A stretch of DNA of 64,000 bases from Geosiphon pyriformis uo1 (Eukaryota; Fungi; Glomeromycota), in the NCBI GenBank assembly GCA_016748015.1, contig JAAOMT010000109.1:145820-209819 (forward strand), in the 5' to 3' direction. Of the stretch, positions 27,406 through 40,208 are shown one piece after another. Under the pieces are notes generated by a model. That model worked only from the letters and a program-made list of their open reading frames with translations, made no database searches and was not told the DNA's origin. The position numbers and the translations under genes are program-made. Within the stretch, counting starts at the first letter, position 1. Every line of letters starts with the position of its first letter.

Positions 27406-28508
27406 CTATTTCTGTAATAAGTTTACGGGATGAGCTCGTGCTTCCAAACTAGAATTGATTTTGTGTAAAAATCGTTAAATTAAATTAGGAATAAAATAAT
27501 GCATACATCAAGAATAAAATCGAGGGAAACATACTTTGAGACGAAACCGCCAACATTACTCACTAATATCATCTTCGATTTCAATATTGTCAAAAATTCC
27601 CCTTCATAACCACGACACATTCTCAGCATGACACTTTCCATCCCGGAAAAAAATTCAACAGCTCTTTGAATTCTTGCCGTATCCAATTCCGTAAAATCAC
27701 AACAACTAAAAGTTATTCGACGCAAGGATTTAGCGCTCTCGCCTATACTCAAAGCTTCCAATATTTCCCCAAGACCACTCCTGCATGATGAAATCTTAAA
27801 TTCTCGCAGGTAAGCATTGTGTTGTTGTGCTTTAATAATAGTTACTATTTGGGTTGTCTCAATAATTGCCTCTGCTAGTGACAACGCATTCGCTTTCGAA
27901 AACCAAATTGTTCTCAATTTATGCTGTGCATTAGCAATTGCTGTGTAAATATCCACTAACGGAACACTTCTCCCTTCTGTTCCTTTAAAATATCTTTTCC
28001 TTCTATCCAACGATTTATCATAGAAACAAGAGTTCAACAATAGATGCTCCAAATCTTTAGAATTCTGAGCAAACATTCGTATCAAGGCAAATAATAAAAC
28101 ATAGGCATCATGTCCATCATTCTTCGTTGCTCGTTTTAATTTCCATTCCCAGATTGCGCCCAAAATTTTTTTATCATCCAAAGAACGTAAATGCTGAGTG
28201 TAATTAAACAACTGTGGTGACTTTCTATTTGGCAAATATATTGAAGTTCTTTCTAACAAATCTGATTTTTCGCTCGATGAAAAACATGTAATATATACAT
28301 CAATTATTTTAGCATGTTTCTCTTCTCGTTTTTTTGGATCCAATTTTCTCAAAGTGCTGATTAAGTCGAATGGATTTCTCCATAACATTGGAATTACTAT
28401 ACGACACCATAATCGACTCACGAGTAAACATGAAAATAAAGAATTGGCATCAGACTCGAAATTTTTAAGAATGTTCGGAAGAAGGTCGATTGGTAAAGGT
28501 GGTGCCAT
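27406..28508 (-). CDS. F-box protein with downstream RNI/LRR-like region
   Basis: N-terminal LPIDLLPNILKNFESDANSLFSCLLVSRLWCRIVIPMLWRNPF and LFNYTQHLRSL motifs typical of the expanded Mucoromycota/Glomeromycotina F-box family. Probable intron 27534-27449 (GTATGT...CTAG), last exon LEARAHPVNLLQK*. Confidence 0.88.
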
Positions 28509-29156
28509 TTTTTGTTTTCGGTAAAAAGTTTAGAAATCTGGGTTTTATAAAGGAACAAATGTGGTTAACAGGGTTGTCCACTTATGAATGTCAATAAGGA
28601 TACCAGACACCGGCATAAATGATTAAATATTGTTGTATGCATTAAAAATTAGGTGCATTAAGGTTTGGGCAACTCCATACATGTACATGGGATGATAAGG
28701 AACTAATTAATTTGTCTACTAGCTAAAAATAACGACCCAGAAAAGTAAGATTCTCGTGATCATCAAAATTTTCACCCAAATTTAGTGGATTACAGATCAA
28801 TAAAAATCAAAGGGAAAAAATAATTTTCTGTTAACCAGATTTCAAAATATATATTATAATATATGGAGATACCTAAATCGACAAGAATTTAAATGTTCAC
28901 TGTTCAAATAACCGACCATTTAAATATCAATCAACCTCTATCGTTTTTTAAGGAGGGATTCTTACAAATTTAATATCAAATGATGATTGATGACGCCAGA
29001 AATATATTAAACTATTACTGAGTAATTTTTTAGATTATAAAATAAAGCCTTTTAAAGTTTCAATAAAAATATTTATGTTATTTATCTTCCAAAAAGCCTT
29101 TGCTCAAACATACTTCTCTTCTCAAAGAAGCTACAACTTTGATTTCTAAAAGGGAA

Positions 29157-29898
29157 ATGTGTCCAACAGATACTCGTGAAGTCAAGATTAAAGTGGGTGA
29201 TCGTATCCCTCAAGACGTTTACTTTGGGGTGTTGGATGAAAATAGCACAGAGCCGCGGAGAGTTACCGCTGAAGATTTGTTTTCCGATAAGAGAGTTGTA
29301 TTGTTTGGAATTCCTGGTATATTTGAAGCTGAATTTATTTTTAAATTAGAAGATAATTATCTCATGTGATCCTTCACAGAAAAAGGGAAGATTAGTGTGT
29401 TAACGATGAGGCTTGCCTTTTTTTCATTTAAAGGTGCCTTTACTAATGTATGTAGCTCGAAGGATCTTCCCGATTTTCTTCAATTTTATGAGAAATTTAA
29501 AGAAAAAAGTATCGATATTATTGCCTGTGTTGCCATCAACGGTGAGAATTTGATTATTATTTTTTATAATCTTTATTTTATGTCATTTAATTCTCGTTCT
29601 AACTTAGACTGGTCACTAAATTGTATAAACTATAGATCCTTACGTCATGCGTGAGTGGGGTAATGCTAAAAATGTAGACGATAAAATCTTGATGCTTTCA
29701 GATGGCGACATGACATTCCATTCCGTCTGTGGTCTTCTTCAGAAACTTCCATACTCTGGTGAGCGTGGTCGACGTTTTTCCATGTTTGTCGACGATGGCG
29801 TGGTAAAATTGTTGAACGTTGAAGAGCCTGGAGCCCTCAATTATACAATCAGTACGTCGTCAATTCTGTTGGAAAACCTCGAGGAGATGGAAAAATGA
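29157..29898 (+). CDS. Prx5/Ahp1-type (type II) peroxiredoxin
   Basis: IKVGDRIP, VVLFGIPGAFTNVCS (PxxxTxxC), NDPYVMREWG, MLSDGD, RRFSMFVDDGVVKLLNVEEPG. Exons 29157-29316, 29434-29541, 29636-29898 join in phase. Confidence 0.93.
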
Positions 29899-30872
29899 GT
29901 TTTGGAATAACTCTAATATTATATGCCAATTGCTATTGTTTCAGAATAGTAGCGTAATATGTTTGATCAATGTTAGTGCCTTTTTGGAAATATAATTACT
30001 AAATTAAAGGCACGATGAAATGAAATTCTCGTTGATCAGTTGTCTTTGCACCAGGCCTGCACTTCAAAACCATTTTTTGAAATTTACATATTTACTAATC
30101 CTGCAAACTAAGCACATTTGGTTTCTGGAAAAGAACGTGAGTGACTCACTCGCGCTAAATTTAGAAAAATGTTGCCTATTACCTCATTGCGTAACTTTAT
30201 GGCCTTATCTTTCGAATTTGCTACTTGCAGAGTGTTACTACAAATTTTCAAATTATTGGTTCTAATCATGTATCATACAAAGTTACAAATAGAATATTTA
30301 ACCCTTGGACTGGTTTTGGTTTTTTGAATAATAAAAATTCCCTAAGATTAGATTCGTCAAAAACCAAAAAATTGTTTTACTTAAAGCTCTACCCGGATTT
30401 CAAATGCTAATTTGTTTGGTACATTGTGATAGCAAGAAACTGGTAAATTAGTCAACACTTTCACAAATCTAAAATTAGTAGCCCCAAATATTATGTTTAC
30501 ATAATTCACCCTTATATCGATTTGTATACTCTATTTTTAGTTCAAACTCTAAAATTTTTAATCGTCAATTTTGTTTTTGTTGACGAATTTTTCTTGAAAA
30601 TCTTTGCAATCAAACTTAAATATTTCTTCAATTGAAATTGCCAACATATCTTCTAAATTGGCCAACAACAAAGAGCACTTTTTCTCACGATAGTTTATTA
30701 CGCTCAAAAAGTAAAATTACTGGAAAAAATTGGAAAATACTATTTTGATATTATGAGAAATCAGATTGAAAAAAAAGCTCGATTGCCGAAGAAAAAAACG
30801 AAAATGAATCAAGTATCACCAGTTTTTTTTGCCTCTCTGATATTCAGGGCACATATTTCCATATAGAAAACG

Positions 30873-30873
<1 letters not shown>

Positions 30874-30902
<29 letters not shown>
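30874..30902. repeat. Short (TAA)n microsatellite
   Basis: Perfect run of about nine units. Confidence 0.9.
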
Positions 30903-30903
<1 letters not shown>

Positions 30904-32590
30904 TTTATTAATTTTTAGAATTAAAAATTTTTAAAAAGTATTTCTAAAATGATTAGTTTTATTTTTACCAATTGAAAATAGTAAATCAATACCAAAAGAT
31001 TATCTTGGAAAGAATATATTATTTTCAAAGAATTGTTTGGAATTAAATAAATATTAGATTTTTGTAAAATATATGACATTCTATTTTTTAAAAGTTATTT
31101 TTTTAAAATAGATTCTTATTGAAATTAAACTTTCTCGGGAAATTGGTCTGTATAGAAGGAATTGTCACCCGATACTCCAAAGTTCACAAAACCATTTAAG
31201 TTTAAATCTTTCATTAATTTAATTAAAGTTTATAACTTTAGTAAAAAAATATGCAACCTTTTTGAATCACTAATTACAAATATTTGCACACAAATCTTTC
31301 ATGAGTTTTTCTCAAGTCATTGGCTAATGAAATGGATTTTCAAAAAGGTTCTTTATTGAATTAATAAATGGTTTTTTAATTTTTATTTAGCTTTTTAACT
31401 GAAACTTCTCATTGATTTTTCTTTACCTGATGAGACTATAATAATTATCGATATTTTTAACTGCAAGAAAAAAGCAAACTTTTTGATTTAGAATCTCTCA
31501 AATTTATTATTCAATTGACCAGTTATTATACTTTTAGTTTATTTAATTTTTAATTTTCAATTTTTAATGCATTATCTGCTTCCAAATTTTAACTTTTCAT
31601 TAAATCTAAATAAATCAAATTCTAAAGTTCTTGAACTCCAAATAAGGAGAGTAAAAATATTATTCAGGGTAAACTCTATTATGATAGGCATTTTTTGTAT
31701 TGAGTTATGCTCCACAATGCATGAAATGTTGATAACACCAAAAATTCCCGTCTATAAACTCGAATGAGTGGCTTAAAATGTCGTCAAATATTTTTCTAAA
31801 GGCTTCATTATCTACCTTTTAACTCTTCTAATTTCTTGCAGAAATGCAAAGAAAATCAGTGCATCAATAATTTACTTATGCATAGCATACACATATTTAT
31901 GAAAGGTTTTTATTTTTTTTACATTTCACTAGGCTAATAATATTATTACAATATATTAGATTTTTTACAGGGGGAGGGGAGGGGGGAATTACAAGAATTG
32001 AAAACATTCCAATTTTTAAATCGAATAAAAATTGATTCACTATAATCAATTTAAGTTGGTATGCCAAGAACTGCTTAGGGCATAAGAAATTTTATTACAA
32101 GTTGAATCTACTAGATTATTTTTTATTTCTATATTTTTGATGAACAGGTTTATTTTTAAAAATACTTTTTTCTCTAAAAACACAATCAGTGTTAAGTAAC
32201 TGAAGTTATGAAATTATATTTTGGATAAAAAAACAATTGAATGTTGGCATTAGAACTTTGTACCCTATTTTTCAATGCTAAAATATTATGTAAAATTTGA
32301 ATTAACTCATTTCGATTTAGCTTTATCAAGAACCCCATAAACAAATTTTTGAGTAACATAATAAAGAAATTTGTTCAACTTTAACTTGAACATTTAGAGG
32401 TTTTTGAGAATTGTAGAAATTCAATGAAACATATTACATACCAAAAAAAAAGAAGAAATTCAACCTACGATCATATATATATATATCCAAAAGATCTCAT
32501 AAACTTTTTTGCTTTAGTTTCTTTCCAGCCTCTCCTTTAGACTAAATATTAGTGAAAAACACACTCTCGTTTCAACACAAAAATTGGCAA

Positions 32591-34361
32591 ATGAATACGC
32601 TAATAATTTCACATCCATCGAAAAAACCATGTACCAGCTGGGCCGTTTTAAACAATATTACAAAATATGATTACACCTCAGAAAATAAAGAACATAAACA
32701 ATATATTCCACGCCCCGATAAATATGAATGCGACTTTCATCCTGGCTACGACAAGCTCTTTTATGTTATATTAATTTATACTATAATCATATTGATGACA
32801 TCACTATGTTTCCTTTATGTCCGAAATTATAAGTTAAAACATCCATGGCTCTTTCCCAAGTCCAGAGCACGAGGATTGATTCGAATTAGACCTCAAGAGG
32901 CATTTCATATATTTTGTAGTTTGTTTTGTTTAAGTAAGTCCTTTGAAACAGATGTTCATAATGTTTTACTTGGAATAAAGCTCAAAGATTTCTTAATTAC
33001 CAAAGCAACTATTACCGATATTGTTGTCGTTTTGAATTCATCGTATTCGAACATGGGATATATAATGGGTAGGTCTTCAAAATTTACGCTCATACAACTA
33101 AAAATTTTCGATTTGCAAAAATTTCAACGTGTTTTTACTTTTAATTTTCTAGTGGGGGCAAATTTGCCATACATTATTGGTACTTCTTTAGTGGCTTTAT
33201 ATCCAATAGGTTTATGTAATGTTTATTTATTAAATTTCTGATTCTGATCCTTTTCCAAACTTGCTCATAACTTCTCTCCCGTATAACAGTCCATTCACTA
33301 AACACAATTGACGATGAACACTTTTCAAAAGTTTCTTGTCTACACAATAAACACGTGATTGACGGAATCGGAATTTTTCTTTTCATAGGTCCAATCATCA
33401 GCATCCTTCCAGTATCCTATCTCAAAGGATCATATTTGAGCAAAAATGACGAGGATTCGGCCAGAAATATTGAAAGATTGGTCAGCGCGTTATGGATTTT
33501 TTGGATAGTGATACAGATGGGTGTGCTCCTTTTCTTCTGGTGGAAAATAAATCACGTTTTGAAGTGTCAGCTTCAAAATTTAAAGAAGGAAAGTGAGCCT
33601 GAGTCTATTCAAAAGTATGTGCAGATCAAATCTGTTTCCTACTAAAAAATTATCTCGATCCATTGATTTTTTTACACGCTCTTTTTTCTGAAAATTCTTT
33701 CTTCCTATTTTTGTAGCTAACTATAGTGGTTGGAAGTATCGCATTTCTTTTTTTATCAGAATTACTCTCCAATTGCTTGGTAATTTCCTTGGGAAAGAAG
33801 GCATGGATATTACGATCAAGTTTGTTTTTTGACATCTTTGACACATTTGCCGTCCCCATATTTTCCCAAATTGGTCAAATTACCATAATATACAAGTAAA
33901 GAAGTTTTTTTTGGGTTTTGATTCTTAATCTTTAAACCTTAAATAACGGTATCTTCACTTACTTTCTCTCTAGCGGACTCAAATATCATAAGCTACCATA
34001 CGCTTGTAAGTTGTCGTTCAGTTTTAAGAAGCAGCCGACATGTAGTCTTAAAAATCAACCGATAAACGGTAATATGAAAGAGCAAGATAATCTAAATAGT
34101 CCCATGACAGCATCTCAACTCGAAAACACATACACTTTAATCTTGGCAACTTCTGCACAACCGGGATTACATAACATTCTCTTAAAAAACACCGAAAACT
34201 CTTCACCAATTACTCCAGATTTTCGCAGTACTTTAGGAATCGACGAAAATTCATTTACCTCACTTTTATCAACTAATCCTATTCACCAATCCCAAGATTT
34301 AAATGTAATTCATTCGTCATCAACTATGTCCGGGAGTAATACTAACATCATATCAGTTTAA
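32591..34361 (+). CDS. Multi-exon polytopic membrane protein, about 7 predicted TM helices, with Ser/Thr/Asn-rich C-terminal tail
   Basis: Hydrophobic segments FYVILIYTIIILMTSLCFLYV, AFHIFCSLFCL, LPYIIGTSLVALYPIG, GIGIFLFIGPIISILPVSYL, LVSALWIFWIVIQMGVLLFFWW, LTIVVGSIAFLFLSELLSNCLVISL, FFDIFDTFAVPIFSQIGQITIIY, spread over ~6 exons with GT/AG boundaries (approx. 32591-32933, ~33006-33068, 33153-33209, 33289-~33632, 33717-33894, 33974-34361). Confidence 0.75.
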
Positions 34362-35216
34362 ATCCTACATCTTAAGTCGTTTCATGGATCTGAAAGCTTT
34401 TAAATAAATCCCAATCATGATATCAGAAATTGGTTATGATATAATTGAAATGGTCTCTTTATCTAGATCTGTTGCTACTTCGAAGAGACACAAGGAATGA
34501 TATCAACATTGAACGATCGAAATATTTAAGAAATATCAAAAGAATCATACTTTAAGATTATTCCCGTTAAACTTGATAGCTATTCTTTGAATGGCATCAA
34601 TAGAAGTACTAACTCGGGCTTGAAATTGAAATGCCATAATAAAGAAATAGCTGCTGTAGAATTATTATTATTCTAAGATATTGATTAGCAAAAAGATATT
34701 TCCTGGTGAAAATATTTGCATCTATGTCATATCAGTAGCCCAAATATCCCCACTATCAATAATAGATTTCTTTGAATTCAGTCTCACTTTGGCGTTAACA
34801 AAGGATTTTCCGAAAAAAGTTATCAAATGGGTCGATCCAAGTTTTAAATCTTCAAATGTGGGAATAACCTTAAAAAAGATAACAGCTCGGAGCCTGGTTG
34901 AAAAAGTACCTTCGGAAGACACAAAACGAAACAATCACTTATCAAATCGCGTTAGTAGTCGACTTAAAACAGATAACTGGGATTCAAAAAAATAAACATA
35001 CACTATCAAACGGTTAGTTTTTGTTTAGAGATTAATAATTGTTGGAGTATTCTTAATATAATGTTTTGTTAAATGAAACCCTATAAAGAGAGGCTCACCT
35101 AGCTTTGAAATTAATTCTTTCATTCTCCGTTTTACTTCGAAACCTGTTCATTATTTATTTTTCATTTTACTTTCACGTCTTAAAATCATAATTAAATATC
35201 ATTTTTTCGTATAATT

Positions 35217-36106
35217 ATGGAGAATATTAATATGTTAATTCCTCAGCAATCAAAATTTACAGCCAGTGACAGAATTGTGTTAAACGTTGGTGGTGTTAAG
35301 GTAATTTGTCTTGAGTCAAGAAACGAAACATAAATCTTTTCTCATTTCTGAATCTTATTCTAGTACGAGACCTATAGGTCAACATTGACAGCATACCCGG
35401 ACACACTGCTAGGAACAATGTTTCAAAATCGAAATTCTGAATTGTTGAATTTGACGAACGGCAATGAATACTTTATCGATCGTTCCGGGCATCTCTTCCA
35501 CTTTATAATGCAATTCTACCGAACAGGTTGTCTAGTGTGGCCAAAAGAAGGTGCGAGTCATTTGCTTATCGATTGCCAAGAATTTTTGTTTGTATGGGCT
35601 GACAGCATCTTTCTTTTTAAGGTTCATCAATGATGCCAATCGATCGGCGTGAATTGAGTGAAGAGTTAGACTACTTTCTAATTCCAAGAATTCATCCATT
35701 TGATGAACGAATCGGTCGAGAAATCAACAATTTTACTGAATCCTTGATTGATGCCTTACTTTCCGTACTTTGGGCAAAACAACCGAACTCTGGGGAATTT
35801 ATCGAGATCAATTTTACCTTTAAAATTCTACAATACAGTTCCGTTAGTTTCTTTTCCAAGGATGATTCATTAAGCTATGATCGTCTCAGGTCCTTTTTAA
35901 AGAGTGATCGAAATAACACAATTTATATGTTTAAACAATTTGGCGAAGAAATTGGAAACCGTCTAGAACGAGATATTCCTGGATTTAGTTGGACACTTGA
36001 AGAATTAGAAGAAACCCAAAATTGGATTCATCAGAAAGGAATCCAGGGTAATGTAAGAATGGTTTACATAATGGAACGACAAGCGATAAGACACCTTGTT
36101 GCTTAG
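35217..36106 (+). CDS. KCTD/T1-type BTB/POZ domain protein
   Basis: DRIVLNVGGVK|YETYRSTLTAYPDTLLGTMF...NEYFIDRSGHLFHFIMQFYRTG...ELDYFLIP. Exons 35217-35300, 35364-35550, 35622-36106 in phase. Confidence 0.92.
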
Positions 36107-37081
36107 TTTTTAAAATGGGCCACAGACGAGAAATTGTAATTTGGGTGGTTTAATTAAAATTTGTAGGCTTGATGTAAATATTGTAGGATTTTGTACAGGT
36201 CTATGAGAATTGTTCAAGTGGTAGGTTTAATTTATTGCTATATTCTATTACATGGACGGTTACTTCTTATTTTCTTTTCTTTTCTTTTCTTTTTGTAATT
36301 ACTTTTTATTTCTTTTTTGTAAAAAATGAATAAGTATTCGGACATTTTACTTTCATTAAAAAAGGAAATCGAAAATTGGCCATAAAATTTCTAAGCTGAT
36401 AAAAAAAATTATTTATAAAACAATTCTGAGATTTAAAAGTATCAAATTAGCATAATAAAGAATAATTTGATTTGACCCTTTATAAATTTTTAAAAATTGA
36501 ACCTATTTTTTCATTTTTCATTAATTTTATAGAAAGCTAAGAAAATCAAAAAAAAAATTTCAAATGTTTAATGTTCATTCAGATATTATATTTAAAAATA
36601 TATTAAAAGGAATTATTTACTAATTCATTACAAAAAGTTAAACCATTATAAATCAAATAATAATTCATTAATAAGTTATATATTCAATTTTTTTTACCCA
36701 TCAACACTAATCATAATTTTTTTTACTTTATTTATTCTTGAACCTGTTTTTAATTAAAACTTGTTACTTTATTTTAATAAAATTACAACTTCTTGACAAA
36801 GAAAGCAAGTTAAATCTTAATTTAATAATTTTTTGTGTTTTAATGTTTTGTGTGCTTAGTATCTTGGAATATTGTTTAAAATATTATAAATATTGTCTAA
36901 AATGTTTTATGAATTTAGTTAATTTTTTGTATTTTTAATTTGATATTTAAAAATAAACAAAAAATTATAGAATTAATATTTGTAATTAAAATAAAAAATC
37001 TTTTAAAATTATTTTTTAATATTTATTAATAGTAGTAAATATTTTTTTGATTTAAATTAACATATATTCTAAATAAATTTC

Positions 37082-37084
<3 letters not shown>

Positions 37085-37116
<32 letters not shown>
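37085..37116. repeat. (ATT)n microsatellite
   Basis: Perfect run of about ten units. Confidence 0.9.
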
Positions 37117-38068
37117 GTGGATTTTTAGCTCTTAATTATTTTTTTGATTTATACGTTTTTTTGATATAAAGTCAATTTTTGTTTACCAAAAAGCAATATA
37201 TCTTACACTAATTTTTACTTTTTTTATTAGGTTTAAAAAATATATATTTTTTAAACTTTATAATTACCAAGATATTTAATATATTAATTTTTGAAAATAT
37301 AATATTACACTTTCTTTTAAGACTAAAAATTTTAATTGTTACATTGAATGTTAAAGATATTTGTTAATTTTTTTATCGAATTTCAACATTTAGCTGTACT
37401 TTTTAGATAGAAATTAAAATTATTTTTCTTTTTAAATTTAAAACCAATATTACAATTTTTTATAATTTTTAAAGAGTTAAATTTCAATTTTAAAATTGTA
37501 TAATCTTTACAAAGAGAATATATGTAAAAAAATTTTTATATATATTAACAGGCGATAGGTTTAAAATCATCAATAATAGAAGTTCCTGTAAACTTTAATA
37601 TCCAGTATTCGTGAATTTAACACACATAACATGTCTATTAGGAAAATATAATCAAAAATTACCATATATATATTATGAAATTTTGTGAAATGAAAATTAT
37701 GGAAAAAACAAAACCTTGAACTTTTTTATATGTTTTTGATTTAAAATTGATCACAAAAATTCCGGTGTTAAACATTTCACACAATATATATAAATATATG
37801 CTTACTGGTTAAGAAATTGGTACAAAGATTGTTAAGATAATAAACCATATAACCAAAAATTTTCATAATTAATTTATTTACTTTCCTCCTTTCTGAAGCA
37901 ATCAACCTAAAATTTCAATAAAAGTCTTAGAGTAATATAAATGTGGTACATAGAAATCTGAGAAAATAGTTTGAAATAGAAATTTGATTTTATAATGCAC
38001 AAACTTGTTTTGTTTAAATTAAAAATTCAAATTTTATTTGCCATTTAGAATTTAGAATTTTATTATTA

Positions 38069-38086
38069 GACACACACACACACACA
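38069..38086. repeat. (AC)n microsatellite
   Basis: gacacacacacacacaca. Confidence 0.85.
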
Positions 38087-39436
38087 AGTAACTTTAAATC
38101 GAGTTAGATTATTTAATCTCCAAACTTTAAATAATACACAATTGTTTACTGAATGGGATTCCAAATCACTTACTTATATAGTGAATTTAAAAACCGGCTT
38201 TACATCGTAAAAGGATATTCATTTTTCAAGGCGGTGAAATGCATTCAGAAACAAGAATTTTCCGGAAAATAGTGAGAACTCCGTAAAAGTGAAGCTTTTT
38301 CACAAAAAAATATTTAAATTAACTTTAGAAATTTTCAATGTTTCTGTTTTGAATCGATTATTTTTCTATTAAATTATCAATTTCAATAAAAAGATTTTGG
38401 CAATTGGTGAATCCTAAATAAATTTTGAGATGAAATTGATTTGTGAATTGTAAAAAAAAAATCCAAATAAATAACCATTTGCACATTGTTACACATATTT
38501 TTTTATCCGAAATTTTAATGTATCACATAAAAATTAAAGTTTTCTTTTTAACCCTCAATACCCCCGTCATGTCACATTTGGTATGACCAATCGTCCGTAC
38601 AATTCAAGTTGTCTTCCATACGACCTAAATTTAATTATTTAGGGTTGCACTATTTGGAGAATTTCTCACAAAATATCATTAATAAAAAGAAATTAATGTA
38701 AAACTTTTATGATGAGTTCATTCTAAAAAATTCAAAGTGAATTTTTAGAAATGATAGCAAATGACATCACATCCCCCTAGTTCCCAGTGTTGAAAGAATG
38801 TATTTGAATAATTGAAATCTTTTTGTTAGAAAAGTAAATTTCTTCAACTTAAATGTAGATCTGGTTGTTGTTCATATAGTTAAAAAAAAAACTTTTAATT
38901 TTCTAAATACTCTCACCATTTAGTTTGACAAAGCCAATAGTGGGAAACGGCATTGATTTTTAGTGTTTCCTAAAAACTGTCTGCTAAGAAAGTTGGCTTT
39001 TTAGTTCAAAAAGGGAATTCTTCAAATAGATGGTATGATTTAATCAAACAATGAATCTTTTAGCATTAATACCATTTCAAAGTTTCACAAAAAAGTGTAA
39101 TTTATTTGTCATTTGTGGAATGACACGCTTTTCAACTTGCATACCATTGTTAGTGTGTCACGACTTTCATTGTCAAATCGAGTCGAGGCAGATTTTATTG
39201 AAATAACAACGAGTTAAAATGATTTTTTGGCTTTTTGCTTTGTTCTCCTCTGTTTAAAAAGCCTGATTTGTTGTTAAATGCCGGGTTTTTAATTATTAAA
39301 AAAATGTTCAGACCAGAGTGGCCACTGTTCATTCAATTTATGCAAAAAGAAATTCAGCTAATTAAAATCTTCCAGATTTATCAAAAATATAGGATCTCCA
39401 ACTACTAAAATTTCCAAATTAAAAGTTCTTTGTTGA

Positions 39437-39440
<4 letters not shown>

Positions 39441-39497
<57 letters not shown>
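39441..39497. repeat. (ATT)19 microsatellite
   Basis: Perfect trinucleotide run. Confidence 0.95.
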
Positions 39498-39500
<3 letters not shown>

Positions 39501-40208
39501 CAATGCAACAAAGAACTATAATTAAGTTTCCTTTGTTTATAATAGTCTTTCTTTGACAAATTATTCCATTTCATGAAATGTTTCTGGTCTTTTCTTACGG
39601 CTTCAGTAATACTTCCTGTCAAGTTTGTGATTGAAAATGAGGGGCTGTAAATAGGCTGATTGAATTTCTTGCTTGAAGGCAATGTAGAAGATGAATCTAA
39701 AACATACTCCTGTCAATTTTATTAAATGAGTATTTTTTGCCGGATTGAACATTTTTTTATCAAAAATCAAAAATCTTGAAATCAATCAATAAAATTATTT
39801 TATCTTTGAGATCACGTCATCGATAATCACCTACGTTGTTGCCGTGAGGTTATCCCATTTTTAATGTCTCATCATTTGATACAATTCCTTGATTTTGTGT
39901 TTAAGAATAGACGAAATGGGTATATTGAAAAAAGAAAACTCAGGCAAGAACCAATTGAGACAGATAATAAGGCTTTTGTGAAACTTAAAAGATTTCAAAC
40001 TTTATAAATACATAAGAATTAGTGTTGAAACCTGAATGACATACGGAGGCCTTTTCTCGCCAAAAAATTAAATCACTTTCTCTATGTTCGGCTTCCTTTT
40101 GCAAGTTTCTTTCAAATATTATACTTTCACTTTCATTTAAGTACTATTAAACGCATACACACTCATTTTTAATTTTAACCTTTTCCTTGCCCAAACAAAT
40201 ACAACAAA

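Noticed and set aside
34681-34995. Overlapping short ORFs between the membrane-protein and BTB genes
   Set aside because: Non-ATG start on +, no motifs; likely terminator/promoter DNA.
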